Below, piece by piece: positions 42,048 to 51,553 of a DNA stretch of 64,000 nucleotides; position 1 is the stretch's first letter, and every line of letters begins with the position of its first letter. Location of the stretch: contig CAJWZJ010000001.1 in NCBI GenBank assembly GCA_913050245.1, positions 50,859-114,858 of the forward strand. Reading direction: 5' to 3'. Under the pieces are notes generated by a model, which did not search any database, was not told the DNA's origin, and saw only the letters and a program-made list of their open reading frames with translations. A program made the translations under genes and the position numbers. Source of the stretch: an uncultured bacterium (GTDB lineage: Bacteria; Desulfobacterota_D; UBA1144).

Positions 42048-42671
42048 TTAACTTTTATCTAGTTTTAATCTCATATTCACAAGGACTATATATAAAAAGA
42101 AAAAAGCAATAAAAGTTATTAAAAGTGTATCCATCATATTATCGGAAATTCCACCTCCCTCACCACCAAAAACTACAGGGGAGATACCTCTCATAACTCT
42201 TACTGAAATATAAACTATTGGTAAATCTATAAAGCTTATGATTGCAAAAACTGAAGCATATTTAGGCATATTATTTTTTAGAGAAAAATTATAAAAAATC
42301 AAATAGCTTCCATATAGCAGTAAAAGAATAAAAGTTGTTGTTAATTGAGGATCCCAAGTCCACCAGGTGCCCCATACGGGTTTTGCCCAAAACATTCCAG
42401 AGATAATTGTTAGAAAAGTAAATAGAACTCCTATTTCGGCATGACAATATGCTCTGAATGATAAATTTTTATCAGAACTGATTAAAAACCTTACTGAATA
42501 AAGAAGATTCATGATAAAAGCGAGAGTAAAAACCAAGACATACCCCATATGAAAATAGAATATTCTCTGCACATCTCCCATTATTTTCTCGGTAGGTGCA
42601 TATAAATAGTTCATATAAATAGCCAATGGCATAAAAATAAATAGTAAAATGTATGAAATTCTAATAAACAT
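42048..42671 (-). CDS. ccmC: Heme exporter protein CcmC
   Basis: QRIFYFH and WAKPVWGTWWTWDP (WWD) motifs. Confidence 0.95.
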   Translation of the reverse strand: MFIRISYILLFIFMPLAIYMNYLYAPTEKIMGDVQRIFYFHMGYVLVFTLAFIMNLLYSVRFLISSDKNLSFRAYCHAEIGVLFTFLTIISGMFWAKPVWGTWWTWDPQLTTTFILLLLYGSYLIFYNFSLKNNMPKYASVFAIISFIDLPIVYISVRVMRGISPVVFGGEGGGISDNMMDTLLITFIAFFFLYIVLVNMRLKLDKS

Positions 42672-42677
42672 TTAAAT

Positions 42678-43334
42678 TCACCTTCTTAAAGCATAACTGA
42701 ATAAAATGGGACAGACCGTAATTAAAAGTATATCGAAAGCAAGTAAAAGTTGAAAATTAAACGAATTAATATATTCACCTGTGCCCAAATAATATAAGTC
42801 ATTTAGTCCATTAAAGCATAAAAACAAAAAAGGAATAATTAGTGGAAAAATTGCAATAAACATGAATTGACCCTCACCCTTTATTCTTTCAAGTAGTAAG
42901 GAAAAACATGTAAAAAAAATTGATAATCCAATTAAAAATAATAAAGTGAAAGCGATAAAATTAAAATTAATTTCAATTATATAAGTTTGAGAAAAAAGAT
43001 TATAAAAAATAAAAAGAATGCTAGCTTGAAATAAAAATAATATTAATGAGTATATTATTTTGGAGATACAAAAAGCAGATAAATCAACTGGTAGATTGAA
43101 TACAATTAATTCATCATTTCTGCCAATCTCCAATCTAGATATTCTTTGACTTAACAAAATATTAGTAATCAAAAGCGTTACATAATATGAAAAAAGTATA
43201 TGATTTTCTTTTAAATAATTTGTAAATAAGAGACTAAAAGTACATGTTAATATAAAAACGTAATATAAATTACCTTTTTCACGATATTCAATTAATAAAT
43301 CTTTTAAGATTATACTTTTTATTAAACTAAACAT
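42678..43334 (-). CDS. ccmB: Heme exporter protein CcmB
   Basis: KDLLIEYR, FPLIIP and LLLAFD motifs; six TMs; position between ccmA and ccmC. Confidence 0.85.
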   Translation of the reverse strand: MFSLIKSIILKDLLIEYREKGNLYYVFILTCTFSLLFTNYLKENHILFSYYVTLLITNILLSQRISRLEIGRNDELIVFNLPVDLSAFCISKIIYSLILFLFQASILFIFYNLFSQTYIIEINFNFIAFTLLFLIGLSIFFTCFSLLLERIKGEGQFMFIAIFPLIIPFLFLCFNGLNDLYYLGTGEYINSFNFQLLLAFDILLITVCPILFSYALRR

Positions 43335-43941
43335 TGTTCAAATTGACCGAATTATTAACCTCAAAGGTATAAGAGTCTTTTGTATTATCAGAAAAAATTA
43401 TAGTTTTATTTTTTTTAACCAGTTCAATAAATATGTATGATATCTGGTTTTGACTTTCTATATCTAAAAAATTATAAGGTTCATCCATAACTAAAACTTC
43501 TGCATCAGATTGTATACCAATTGATAACTGAATTTTTTTTCTTTGCCCATCAGATAAATCTTTAACTTGTTTATCTTTAATTTGAGTTAATTTAAAAGAA
43601 CTATTAATATCTAATTTATCCAAGCCATAGACATTAGAAAGAAATCTCAGATTCTCTTCAACAGTAAGATTTTCATAAAATGAAGGAAGAGAAGGTAAAA
43701 AAACTACCTCTTTTAAAAAATTGGTTTCTATATTATTTAAATTAATATTTTTATAGTTAATTGTTCCTTCATAATCATTATCTAGGCCTGATAATATTTT
43801 TAATAAGGTTGTTTTACCAGTTCCATTATTTCCGTATACCTGAAATATTGAATTTTTTTTAATATCAAAAGTCAAATTTCTAAAAACCTTTGTCATAAAA
43901 AAATTTTTAGAAATACTTATACAATTAAAAACTGTCTCCAC
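43327..43941 (-). CDS. ccmA: Heme ABC exporter ATPase CcmA
   Basis: GNNGTGKTT, LSDGQRKK and MDEP motifs; start moved to GTG 43941 to avoid overlap with gloA. Confidence 0.85.
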   Translation of the reverse strand: METVFNCISISKNFFMTKVFRNLTFDIKKNSIFQVYGNNGTGKTTLLKILSGLDNDYEGTINYKNINLNNIETNFLKEVVFLPSLPSFYENLTVEENLRFLSNVYGLDKLDINSSFKLTQIKDKQVKDLSDGQRKKIQLSIGIQSDAEVLVMDEPYNFLDIESQNQISYIFIELVKKNKTIIFSDNTKDSYTFEVNNSVNLNNV

Positions 43942-43985
43942 ACCAATAACTTTACTTAATACCTTACATAAATTAAAATTTTTAA

Positions 43986-44366
43986 ATGAAATTTTTGCAT
44001 ACAATGATAAGGGTTGCTAATCTCGACAGGTCAATTGACTTTTATACATCGATTATAGGCCTGAAACTTGTAAGAAAAACTGATTATCCTCATGGAAAAT
44101 TTACTTTAGCTTTTCTATCTATAAATTCAAATGATGATGAGCCATTTTTAGAGCTAACCTATAATTGGGATATAGAAAAATATGAACTCGGTACGGCTTT
44201 TGGACATATAGCTATTGGGGTTGATGATATTTATCAAATATGCGATGAAATAAAATCAAAGGGTGGTACTATAACAAGAGAACCAGGTCCAATGAAGGGA
44301 AGTAAGTCTATCCTAGCATTTGTTGAAGATCCAGATGGTTATAAGATTGAGTTGTTGCAAAGATGA
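43986..44366 (+). CDS. gloA: Lactoylglutathione lyase (glyoxalase I)
   Basis: LHTMIRV, LELTYNW, FGHIAIGV and EDPDGYKIEL motifs. Confidence 0.96.
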   Translation: MKFLHTMIRVANLDRSIDFYTSIIGLKLVRKTDYPHGKFTLAFLSINSNDDEPFLELTYNWDIEKYELGTAFGHIAIGVDDIYQICDEIKSKGGTITREPGPMKGSKSILAFVEDPDGYKIELLQR

Positions 44367-44767
44367 TATCCGTAACTAGAAAGTCACATTTTAATGCAGC
44401 CCACAGGCTTCATAATAATAATTGGAGTGATGAAAAGAATCACGAATTTTATGGTTTATGTAACAATAAGAATTATCATGGACATAATTATGATTTAGAG
44501 GTAACTGTAAGCGGTGAAATTGATAAAGAATCAGGATATTTAATAGACATGAAATATTTAAGTGATTTAATCGATATAAATGTTTGTAATAAGTTCGATC
44601 ATAAGAATCTGAATTTGGATACAGAAGAATTTAAAGATTTAATTCCAACCGCCGAAAACATAGCTGTTGTTATATGGAATATCCTAAGAGAAAAGATTGA
44701 TAAGAAACTAAATATTAAAGTTAAACTTTTCGAAACTGAAAGAAATTCAGTAGAATATTCAGGCTAA
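44363..44767 (+). CDS. 6-pyruvoyl-tetrahydropterin synthase/QueD family protein (CX5HGH type)
   Basis: FNAAHRL, CNNKNYHGHNY, DHKNLN, PTAENIA and ETE motifs. Confidence 0.9.
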   Translation: MISVTRKSHFNAAHRLHNNNWSDEKNHEFYGLCNNKNYHGHNYDLEVTVSGEIDKESGYLIDMKYLSDLIDINVCNKFDHKNLNLDTEEFKDLIPTAENIAVVIWNILREKIDKKLNIKVKLFETERNSVEYSG

Positions 44768-44815
44768 ATTTAAATAATTCTAATAAAATAAATTTTATTC
44801 TTTATATTAAATATC

Positions 44816-46303
44816 ATGAATTTGTTCATTATTCTTGGAAATCAACTCTTTCCAGAGAGCCATTTTAAGCCATATAAAAAGAATCATCATTTTTTTATGT
44901 CTGAAAGCTTAAAAATGTGTAATAAATATAAATATCATAAAAAAAAATTACTATTTTTACTAACATCTATGAGAATATTTGCCCAGAATTTAAAGGATAA
45001 GAACTATGATATTTCGTATAACAAGATAGGTATCAAAGATTATGATGATTTTTATCCTAATTTAAGGAAATTAATTTTAAAATATAAAGTAAAAAAAATT
45101 AAGACTTTCGAAATCCTAAATAAAAATCACGAAATTAAAATGAAGAAATTTGTTAATGATAATGGTCTTGACTGGGAAATTATTGATTCTCCAATGTTTA
45201 TCAATAACAAAAAATATTTTAAAGAATTTTTATCAAATTATAAAAAACCATTGATGGTAAATTTCTACAAATCTATAAGAAAGAAATTGAACTTGTTAGT
45301 AGATATAGAAAATAAACCTTTAGGTGGCAAATGGAGTTTCGACGAAGAGAATAGAAAAAAACTACCAAAGAATATTGAAATACCACAAATGCCAAGACCA
45401 AAAAAAAATAAAGAATTAGATAATATTATAAAATTGGTTGATGTTATATTTAAAGATAATCCGGGTGATACTAAAAATTTTTGGCTCTCTACAGATCATA
45501 AAGGTGCAGAGCATGCACTAAAATCTTTTCTTGAAAATAAAATCAATTTGTTTGGCGACTATGAGGATGCTGTTAGTACAAGAGATAGCTTTTTATTCCA
45601 TAGCGCTATAAGTCCATATATGAATATAGGTCTTATTACACCTGAATTAATTATAAAAAAAGTTATAGAACACAGTAAAAAAAATAATATAAAGCTCAAC
45701 TCACTTGAAGGATTTATTAGACAGATAGTAGGATGGCGTGAATTCATAAAAGGTATATATGATAATTTTTCAGTTGAAATGAATAAAAATAATTTCTTTA
45801 ATCATACTAAAAACCTCACAGATAGTTGGTATGAAGGAACTACTGGCTTACTTCCATTAGATCATACAATTCGCAATGTCAAAAAAAATGCTTGGTCCCA
45901 TCATATCGAAAGGCTTATGATATTGTCCAATATAATGAATCTTTGCGAAATTAAACCTAAAAATGTATTTCAGTGGTTTATGGAAATGTATGTTGATGCA
46001 TATGAGTGGGTTATGGAACCAAACGTTTACGGAATGGGGCTTTTCAGCGATGGAGGAATATTCGCAACAAAACCATATATTTGTGGCTCTAATTATTTTG
46101 TAAAAATGATGGATTTTAAAAAAGGTGAATGGTGCGATATATTGGATGGGCTTTATTGGAGATTTATAGATAAAAATCAGAAATTTTTTAAGGGTAATCC
46201 TAGGCTTTCGTTAATGACAAAAACTTTACAAAAAATTAATCCAAATAGAAAAGAAAAGATATTTAATTTAGCTGAGGAATTTATAGAACAAAATACAAAT
46301 TAA
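44816..46303 (+). CDS. Bacterial (6-4) photolyase / cryptochrome (PhrB/CryB clade)
   Basis: ILGNQL, HKKKL, GGKWSFDEENR, EGFIRQIVGWREF, HHIERLM, DAYEWVM and KPY motifs. Confidence 0.9.
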   Translation: MNLFIILGNQLFPESHFKPYKKNHHFFMSESLKMCNKYKYHKKKLLFLLTSMRIFAQNLKDKNYDISYNKIGIKDYDDFYPNLRKLILKYKVKKIKTFEILNKNHEIKMKKFVNDNGLDWEIIDSPMFINNKKYFKEFLSNYKKPLMVNFYKSIRKKLNLLVDIENKPLGGKWSFDEENRKKLPKNIEIPQMPRPKKNKELDNIIKLVDVIFKDNPGDTKNFWLSTDHKGAEHALKSFLENKINLFGDYEDAVSTRDSFLFHSAISPYMNIGLITPELIIKKVIEHSKKNNIKLNSLEGFIRQIVGWREFIKGIYDNFSVEMNKNNFFNHTKNLTDSWYEGTTGLLPLDHTIRNVKKNAWSHHIERLMILSNIMNLCEIKPKNVFQWFMEMYVDAYEWVMEPNVYGMGLFSDGGIFATKPYICGSNYFVKMMDFKKGEWCDILDGLYWRFIDKNQKFFKGNPRLSLMTKTLQKINPNRKEKIFNLAEEFIEQNTN

Positions 46304-47478
46304 TTATTCCATTTTTTTCTATAAACATAATCATTATCGTACAGACTTTTTTGCTTATCTAAGTTAAAGACTCTTCCACCTCTGGGATCTGTCCCCAAAC
46401 CTGCAATATACATCCAATTACAAAAGTTTATTTCAGTATCATAATCTATCAAATTTTTCTTAAAATACAGAGCGCCAGCTAGCCAGTTCAATTTTTTATT
46501 ATAAATCAGATAACTTGAAAAGATTTGCCTCGCTCTATTAGATATATAACCCGTCTGTGTCAATTGATTGTTGATTGAATTAATTAAATCATCATCAAGT
46601 TTTGGGAAATTCCCTAAATTATTAGCAATACCACAAGAAGGATATTCTTTTTGGTTAAAAATTCCGGATGTATTAAAAATATTAGAGCCATAATGATAAC
46701 TAAGTAGCTTAAAATATTCTCTCCATAATAGTTCAAATTTTAGCCAATAAGTTGATTGATTAGAAACTATATTTTTTTCAAAAATTTTAATCAACTTAAA
46801 TACTACTCTTGGAGAAATTGTTCCTATTGATAGTGGAATAGATAGGCCAGAAGATATATTATTTCCATATAATTGATCTCTAGTTTGCTTATATGTTGGC
46901 AATGACTTTTTCATATAAAATAGAAAATTTTTAATTGTAAAATTTTCAACATCTCGAATCTTATCAATTTTATTATTTTTAATAATGTTATTATTTAATT
47001 TCTTAAAACTTCTTATTGTATCTACAGGCTCTAAAATAAGATTATTTTTTTCAACAATTTTCCTGAATTTAGTAAATGATTTTGGAAATCCATAATGTTG
47101 AATAAAAGTTTTTTGATTTATAAGATTTGCAAGCGTTATATATTTAATATCTAAATGAGGATAACTATCAGAAATTTTTTTAATCATCTGTTTTTCACTA
47201 TTATATATAGGGAATCTTAAGACTACTTTTTGTATATCGTTATTTTTAATTTCTTCTATTACTATATCCTCTAATTTCTTGCCACTTCTAAAAATAGGTA
47301 TTAAGTTTTTCTGAATTAACTTTTTAGCAAATGAAAGGCATGCATATTTTTTCAATTCATATCTTTTCCTAGAATAATCAGCAATGCTATTATTATCAGA
47401 ATTTGGAATCCAAAGAAGAACACTTACTTCATCGTTCAAATCGAATAAATCATTGCTAATGAATGTATTGTCATCCAT
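46300..47478 (-). CDS. DASH-type cryptochrome/photolyase, with a divergent N-terminal domain
   Basis: STYWLKFELLWREYF, TGYISNRARQ, LIDYD, NW.YIAG.GTDPRGGR.F and KQ..YD motifs. Confidence 0.85.
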   Translation of the reverse strand: MDDNTFISNDLFDLNDEVSVLLWIPNSDNNSIADYSRKRYELKKYACLSFAKKLIQKNLIPIFRSGKKLEDIVIEEIKNNDIQKVVLRFPIYNSEKQMIKKISDSYPHLDIKYITLANLINQKTFIQHYGFPKSFTKFRKIVEKNNLILEPVDTIRSFKKLNNNIIKNNKIDKIRDVENFTIKNFLFYMKKSLPTYKQTRDQLYGNNISSGLSIPLSIGTISPRVVFKLIKIFEKNIVSNQSTYWLKFELLWREYFKLLSYHYGSNIFNTSGIFNQKEYPSCGIANNLGNFPKLDDDLINSINNQLTQTGYISNRARQIFSSYLIYNKKLNWLAGALYFKKNLIDYDTEINFCNWMYIAGLGTDPRGGRVFNLDKQKSLYDNDYVYRKKWNN

Positions 47479-47488
47479 TCTATAGTTA

Positions 47489-47632
47489 TTATTTACTACT
47501 AATAAAACGTTGATTTTTGTTTCTCCTACATTTATTGCTACAATAAACTACTTGATCCCATATCAGTTTCCATTTTTTCCTATTTTGAAAGTGCCTTCCA
47601 CAGACAGGACATTTCTTGGTTTCTTTGTACAT
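47489..47632 (-). CDS. DUF2256-family small Cys-rich protein (not in ORF track)
   Basis: MYKETKKCPVCGRHFQNRKKWKLIWDQVVYCSNKCRRNKNQRFISSK*; CxxC..RKKW...W..V.YCS..CR signature; sits immediately upstream of the DASH gene. Confidence 0.85.
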   Translation of the reverse strand: MYKETKKCPVCGRHFQNRKKWKLIWDQVVYCSNKCRRNKNQRFISSK

Positions 47633-47699
47633 ATATATGAAAATAGCTAATTTTAAAAATTATTCCTCTTTTTATTTAAAACTTATATATAATAGAATT

Positions 47700-48740
47700 A
47701 TGGATTTAGAATTATTAAAAAATCTTTGCGATACGCCCGGTGTTCCAGGAGTGGAAGATGAAATTGCAAAAATAGTTTTTAAGAATATATCTTCTCTTTG
47801 TTTTAGTCATGAAGTTGACCCCATGGGAAATCATATTTTTCAAGTAAATAATAAAATTGAAGGTGCCCCTACAATACTTGTCGATGCCCATATGGATGAA
47901 GTTGGTTTTCTTGTATCTAATATTGAAGCCAATGGCATGCTTAGAGTCATATCTTTAGGAGGCATCGATCCTAAATTATTTTATGGTCAAAGATTAACTA
48001 TTTGGGGCAAGAAAAATGTTGAATCAACAGTTGCAGCAATACCTCCTCACATATCTGGTAAAAATGATTCTGTCACACAAGTTGAAGACTGTTTGATTGA
48101 TACCGGTTTATCAGTAAAGGAAGTTTTAAAATTAATAAAGATTGGAGACCAAGTTACCTTTTCTACTAAATGTGAAATTGGTTTCGATAGAGTAATTTCA
48201 AAAGCATTAGATGATAGAGTTGGTCTTTTTGTATTAATAGAATCTGTAAAAGCTCTTGCAAAAAAGAAACTGAATTGTAACTTTTTTGTTTCGGCCTCTG
48301 TCCAAGAAGAAATGGGACTTAGAGGCGCAAGAATAATTAACTCTAGAGTTAACCCTGATTTTTCAATTGCATTAGAAGGAACTGTATCTAATGATTTAGT
48401 TGGTGTTCCCCAATATAAATCTTTAGCGAATCTTGATAATGGGCCAGAAATTAGAATTTCAGATAAATATTTGATAGCTGATAGAAAACTTAATTCATTC
48501 ATTGAAGGATTAGCAAAAAAGAAAAAAATACCTTATCAACTAACAGCAAAAAATGCTGGAGGTACAAATTCAACTGCGTTCCAGGTCACAGGAAATGGAT
48601 CTAAGGCAACAGTACTATCAGTTCCTGTAAGGTATTTACATAGTCCAAGTTCAATATGTAAAATTAAAGACATTAAAAATACCATAAAATTATTAACCGA
48701 GATAATCAGTAAGATTAATACTTTTCAAAATGCAAAATAA
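47700..48740 (+). CDS. M42 family metallopeptidase (TET/FrvX-like)
   Basis: DAHMDEVG, KALDDRVG, VQEEMGLRGA, GGT and RYLHSP motifs; start moved to ATG 47700. Confidence 0.92.
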   Translation: MDLELLKNLCDTPGVPGVEDEIAKIVFKNISSLCFSHEVDPMGNHIFQVNNKIEGAPTILVDAHMDEVGFLVSNIEANGMLRVISLGGIDPKLFYGQRLTIWGKKNVESTVAAIPPHISGKNDSVTQVEDCLIDTGLSVKEVLKLIKIGDQVTFSTKCEIGFDRVISKALDDRVGLFVLIESVKALAKKKLNCNFFVSASVQEEMGLRGARIINSRVNPDFSIALEGTVSNDLVGVPQYKSLANLDNGPEIRISDKYLIADRKLNSFIEGLAKKKKIPYQLTAKNAGGTNSTAFQVTGNGSKATVLSVPVRYLHSPSSICKIKDIKNTIKLLTEIISKINTFQNAK

Positions 48741-49035
48741 GCAGATTTTTTCCATTTTTAAAGATTTCCTAGAAAATAAAAATTTAACATTATCTGATGA
48801 ACTAAATAATCTTTATTTAAAAACTTATAAAAATTTAAAAATAGATCTACAAGATGAGGCACTGCTTGAAACTATATCCAAAGAGGATAGATTGGAACTA
48901 TTGGAAAAAATTTCAGCTAAAATCAATGTTGATGATATAAATAACCAAAAAATAATAGATATTTTTTTTCATGAAATTACAGATTCTATAGACTATATAT
49001 ATAATCTCATAATTAGTAAGCAGCTTGGAGGCTAA
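48730..49035 (+). CDS. Hypothetical helical protein ending in -LGG
   Basis: 101-aa ORF overlapping the M42 stop; no family recognised. Confidence 0.6.
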   Translation: MQNKQIFSIFKDFLENKNLTLSDELNNLYLKTYKNLKIDLQDEALLETISKEDRLELLEKISAKINVDDINNQKIIDIFFHEITDSIDYIYNLIISKQLGG

Positions 49036-49089
49036 TATATTCTGAAATTGTTGATTTTAGGCGATTATCAGTAAAAATATTAAACAACT

Positions 49090-49455
49090 GTGATGAACTA
49101 TTACCCCTTTTTTCTTGTTTTATTTATTATGTTGCTTTCCTTACCTTTAATAATGATTGCGACTTCTAAAATAGTCAGATTTATTGCAGGGTATAGTAAT
49201 CAAACTTCAGATTCTATTTATGAATGTGGTGAACCTAGAGTAGAGAATTCATGGACAAAAATCCCAATAGCATATTATAAAGTAGCACTTATATTTATAT
49301 TATTCGATATAGAATTGGTTTTTGTCTTTCCTTGGATTTTAAGTTTGGGAAATCCTTCACCTGAAATTTATCTTTCTTTTATAACATTTATAGTAATATT
49401 ATTTGTTGGATGGATTTACGCTTATAAAAAAGGATTTTTAAAATGGGAAATGTAA
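49090..49455 (+). CDS. nuoA: NADH-quinone oxidoreductase subunit A
   Basis: YECGE and [14 protein letters not shown] motifs. Confidence 0.93.
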   Translation: MMNYYPFFLVLFIMLLSLPLIMIATSKIVRFIAGYSNQTSDSIYECGEPRVENSWTKIPIAYYKVALIFILFDIELVFVFPWILSLGNPSPEIYLSFITFIVILFVGWIYAYKKGFLKWEM

Positions 49456-50429
49456 AAAAATCTCTAAAAGACATAGGGTCTTTCATGAAATTGCCAGGAG
49501 CAAACATGTTTATGACTAAGACCGAGGATTTGTTTAATTGGGCTAATAAATCAAGTCTATGGCCTTTGTCTTTTGGGCTCGCATGTTGTGCAATAGAAAT
49601 GATGGCAACTTTTTCATCAAGATATGATTTGGATAGACTCGGAATGATCACAAGGGCTTCCCCCAGACAAGCTGATCTAATGATTGTTGCTGGAACCGTT
49701 ACAGTTAAAATGGGTGAAAGGATAAAGACCCTATATGACCAAATGGCTGGTCCAAAATGGGTTATAGCTGCTGGAAGTTGTGCTATCTCTGGGGATCATT
49801 ACAGGCATGTTTACAGTGTAGTTCCGGGAGTGGATTGGATTATACCTGTTGATGTCTATGTTCCAGGATGTCCACCTACCCCAGAAGCTTTTATTGATGG
49901 AATCCTTGCTCTTCAGGATATAATTTCTAAAGGTAAAAGTGCCCCTACTTTTAACTCTGTCTCCTGTGAAAGAAAAAGTATTGATGAAGTAAAAGTTAAG
50001 AAAAAAGAGATATTATTTGATAAAGAGTTAATTGACTCAAATCTAATTTTTGAAAAATGCAATGAGATTAAATCTTTAGGTTATAACTACCTTAACTTTA
50101 TAACCGCGACAGATTTTGATAATAGCTTAGTGCTTACCTATATGTTTTCTAATAACTTTGAAAATAAAAAATTAGAAATAAATGTTAAATTAGGTCCTGA
50201 AAATAGATTAGACTCAATTTCTAATATTTATCCCGGTGCAGAATGGCAAGAGAGAGAAGTTTATGATATGTTCGGTGTAAAATTTAATAATCACCCAAAA
50301 TTAGAGAGAATCTTAATGCCAGATGATTGGATTGGACACCCTTTATTGAAAAATTATAAAATGGAACAAGCAAAATTACCCTACAGACCATCGAGAGAGG
50401 ACTATGAATCTTGGAAAACAAAATTATAG
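49443..50429 (+). CDS. nuoBC: Fused NADH-quinone oxidoreductase subunits B and C
   Basis: NuoB part [20 protein letters not shown]; NuoC part [23 protein letters not shown]. Confidence 0.92.
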   Translation: MGNVKKSLKDIGSFMKLPGANMFMTKTEDLFNWANKSSLWPLSFGLACCAIEMMATFSSRYDLDRLGMITRASPRQADLMIVAGTVTVKMGERIKTLYDQMAGPKWVIAAGSCAISGDHYRHVYSVVPGVDWIIPVDVYVPGCPPTPEAFIDGILALQDIISKGKSAPTFNSVSCERKSIDEVKVKKKEILFDKELIDSNLIFEKCNEIKSLGYNYLNFITATDFDNSLVLTYMFSNNFENKKLEINVKLGPENRLDSISNIYPGAEWQEREVYDMFGVKFNNHPKLERILMPDDWIGHPLLKNYKMEQAKLPYRPSREDYESWKTKL

Positions 50430-51553
50430 AGAAAGACTTTGGTGATTTAGCCTTAAATATGGGCCCACAACATCCTTCTACACATGGAGTTTTTAGATTA
50501 AAACTTCATTTAGAAGGAGAAAAAATAAATAGAGTAGAATCCTATTTAGGTTATCTTCATAGAGGTGTTGAAAAATTAACTGAGAATTTAGATTACGATA
50601 TGATTCCTCCTGTTCTTGAAAGAGATGATTATTTATCTCCAACATCTAATTCCTTGGGATTTATAAATACTATAGAAGAAATGTGTAATATAGAAGTTCC
50701 AAAAAGGGCCTCGTATTTAAGAGTGTTAATTGCTGAGCTGCAAAGAATAAGCTCACATCTTGTAGCCCTAGGTACCTATGGTTTAGATTTAGGTGGTGCG
50801 TTAGGCGGTGGAGCTAGCTTATTCCTTTATTGTTTCAGAGAAAGAGAAAAAATTTTAGATGTCTTAGAAGTTATTACTGGAACAAGATTTCATACAAATA
50901 TGAACCAAGTTGGTGGAGTTAGATATGATGTTAATGATGAATCTTTAAATAAAATAAAGGACCTTATTAATTATTTAAAACCAAAGTTAAATGAATATTA
51001 TAATGTTATTTCTAATGACGAGATTTTTATGAAAAGAACTAAAAATATAGGAATTATCACTAAAGAGCTTGTGATGTCTTCTGGCGGTTCAGGACCAGTA
51101 GCAAGAGGATCAGGCATAAATTATGATATTAGAAAAAATAATTCTTATGAAATTTATGATGAATTATCTTTTGAAATTCCAATTGGAAAGAATGGGGATT
51201 CTTATGATAGAACTATGGTAAGAATGAGAGAAACTATAGAATCAATCAAAATCATAGAACAAATTTTAGAAAAACTTCCTGAGGGAGCTTTGTGTTCCAG
51301 AAAGCCTCTTAAAAGTGCAAAACTTCTTAAGCCACCGAAAGGCTCACATTATAAGGCAATAGAATCGCCTAGGGGAGAATTAGGGTTTTTTATAGTTTCG
51401 GATGGTACGTCTATGCCTTATAGAATGAAAATTAGAGCACCATCTTTTAGTAATTTATCTATTGTTGAGAAATTATTACCAGAAACTTATATTGCAGATG
51501 CTGTTGTTATTCTCGGATCCCTTGATCCAGTATTTGGAGATGTGGATAGATAA
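50411..51553 (+). CDS. nuoD: NADH-quinone oxidoreductase subunit D
   Basis: [24 protein letters not shown] and GDVDR motifs. Confidence 0.96.
   Translation: MENKIIEKDFGDLALNMGPQHPSTHGVFRLKLHLEGEKINRVESYLGYLHRGVEKLTENLDYDMIPPVLERDDYLSPTSNSLGFINTIEEMCNIEVPKRASYLRVLIAELQRISSHLVALGTYGLDLGGALGGGASLFLYCFREREKILDVLEVITGTRFHTNMNQVGGVRYDVNDESLNKIKDLINYLKPKLNEYYNVISNDEIFMKRTKNIGIITKELVMSSGGSGPVARGSGINYDIRKNNSYEIYDELSFEIPIGKNGDSYDRTMVRMRETIESIKIIEQILEKLPEGALCSRKPLKSAKLLKPPKGSHYKAIESPRGELGFFIVSDGTSMPYRMKIRAPSFSNLSIVEKLLPETYIADAVVILGSLDPVFGDVDR

Noticed and set aside
43942-44004. N-terminal extension of the ccmA ORF
   Set aside because: Would overlap the divergent gloA start; GTG 43941 fits the ABC domain start better
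47616-47699. N-terminal extension of the M42 ORF
   Set aside because: Overlaps the DUF2256 gene and the promoter region; family similarity begins at MDLELLK (47700)
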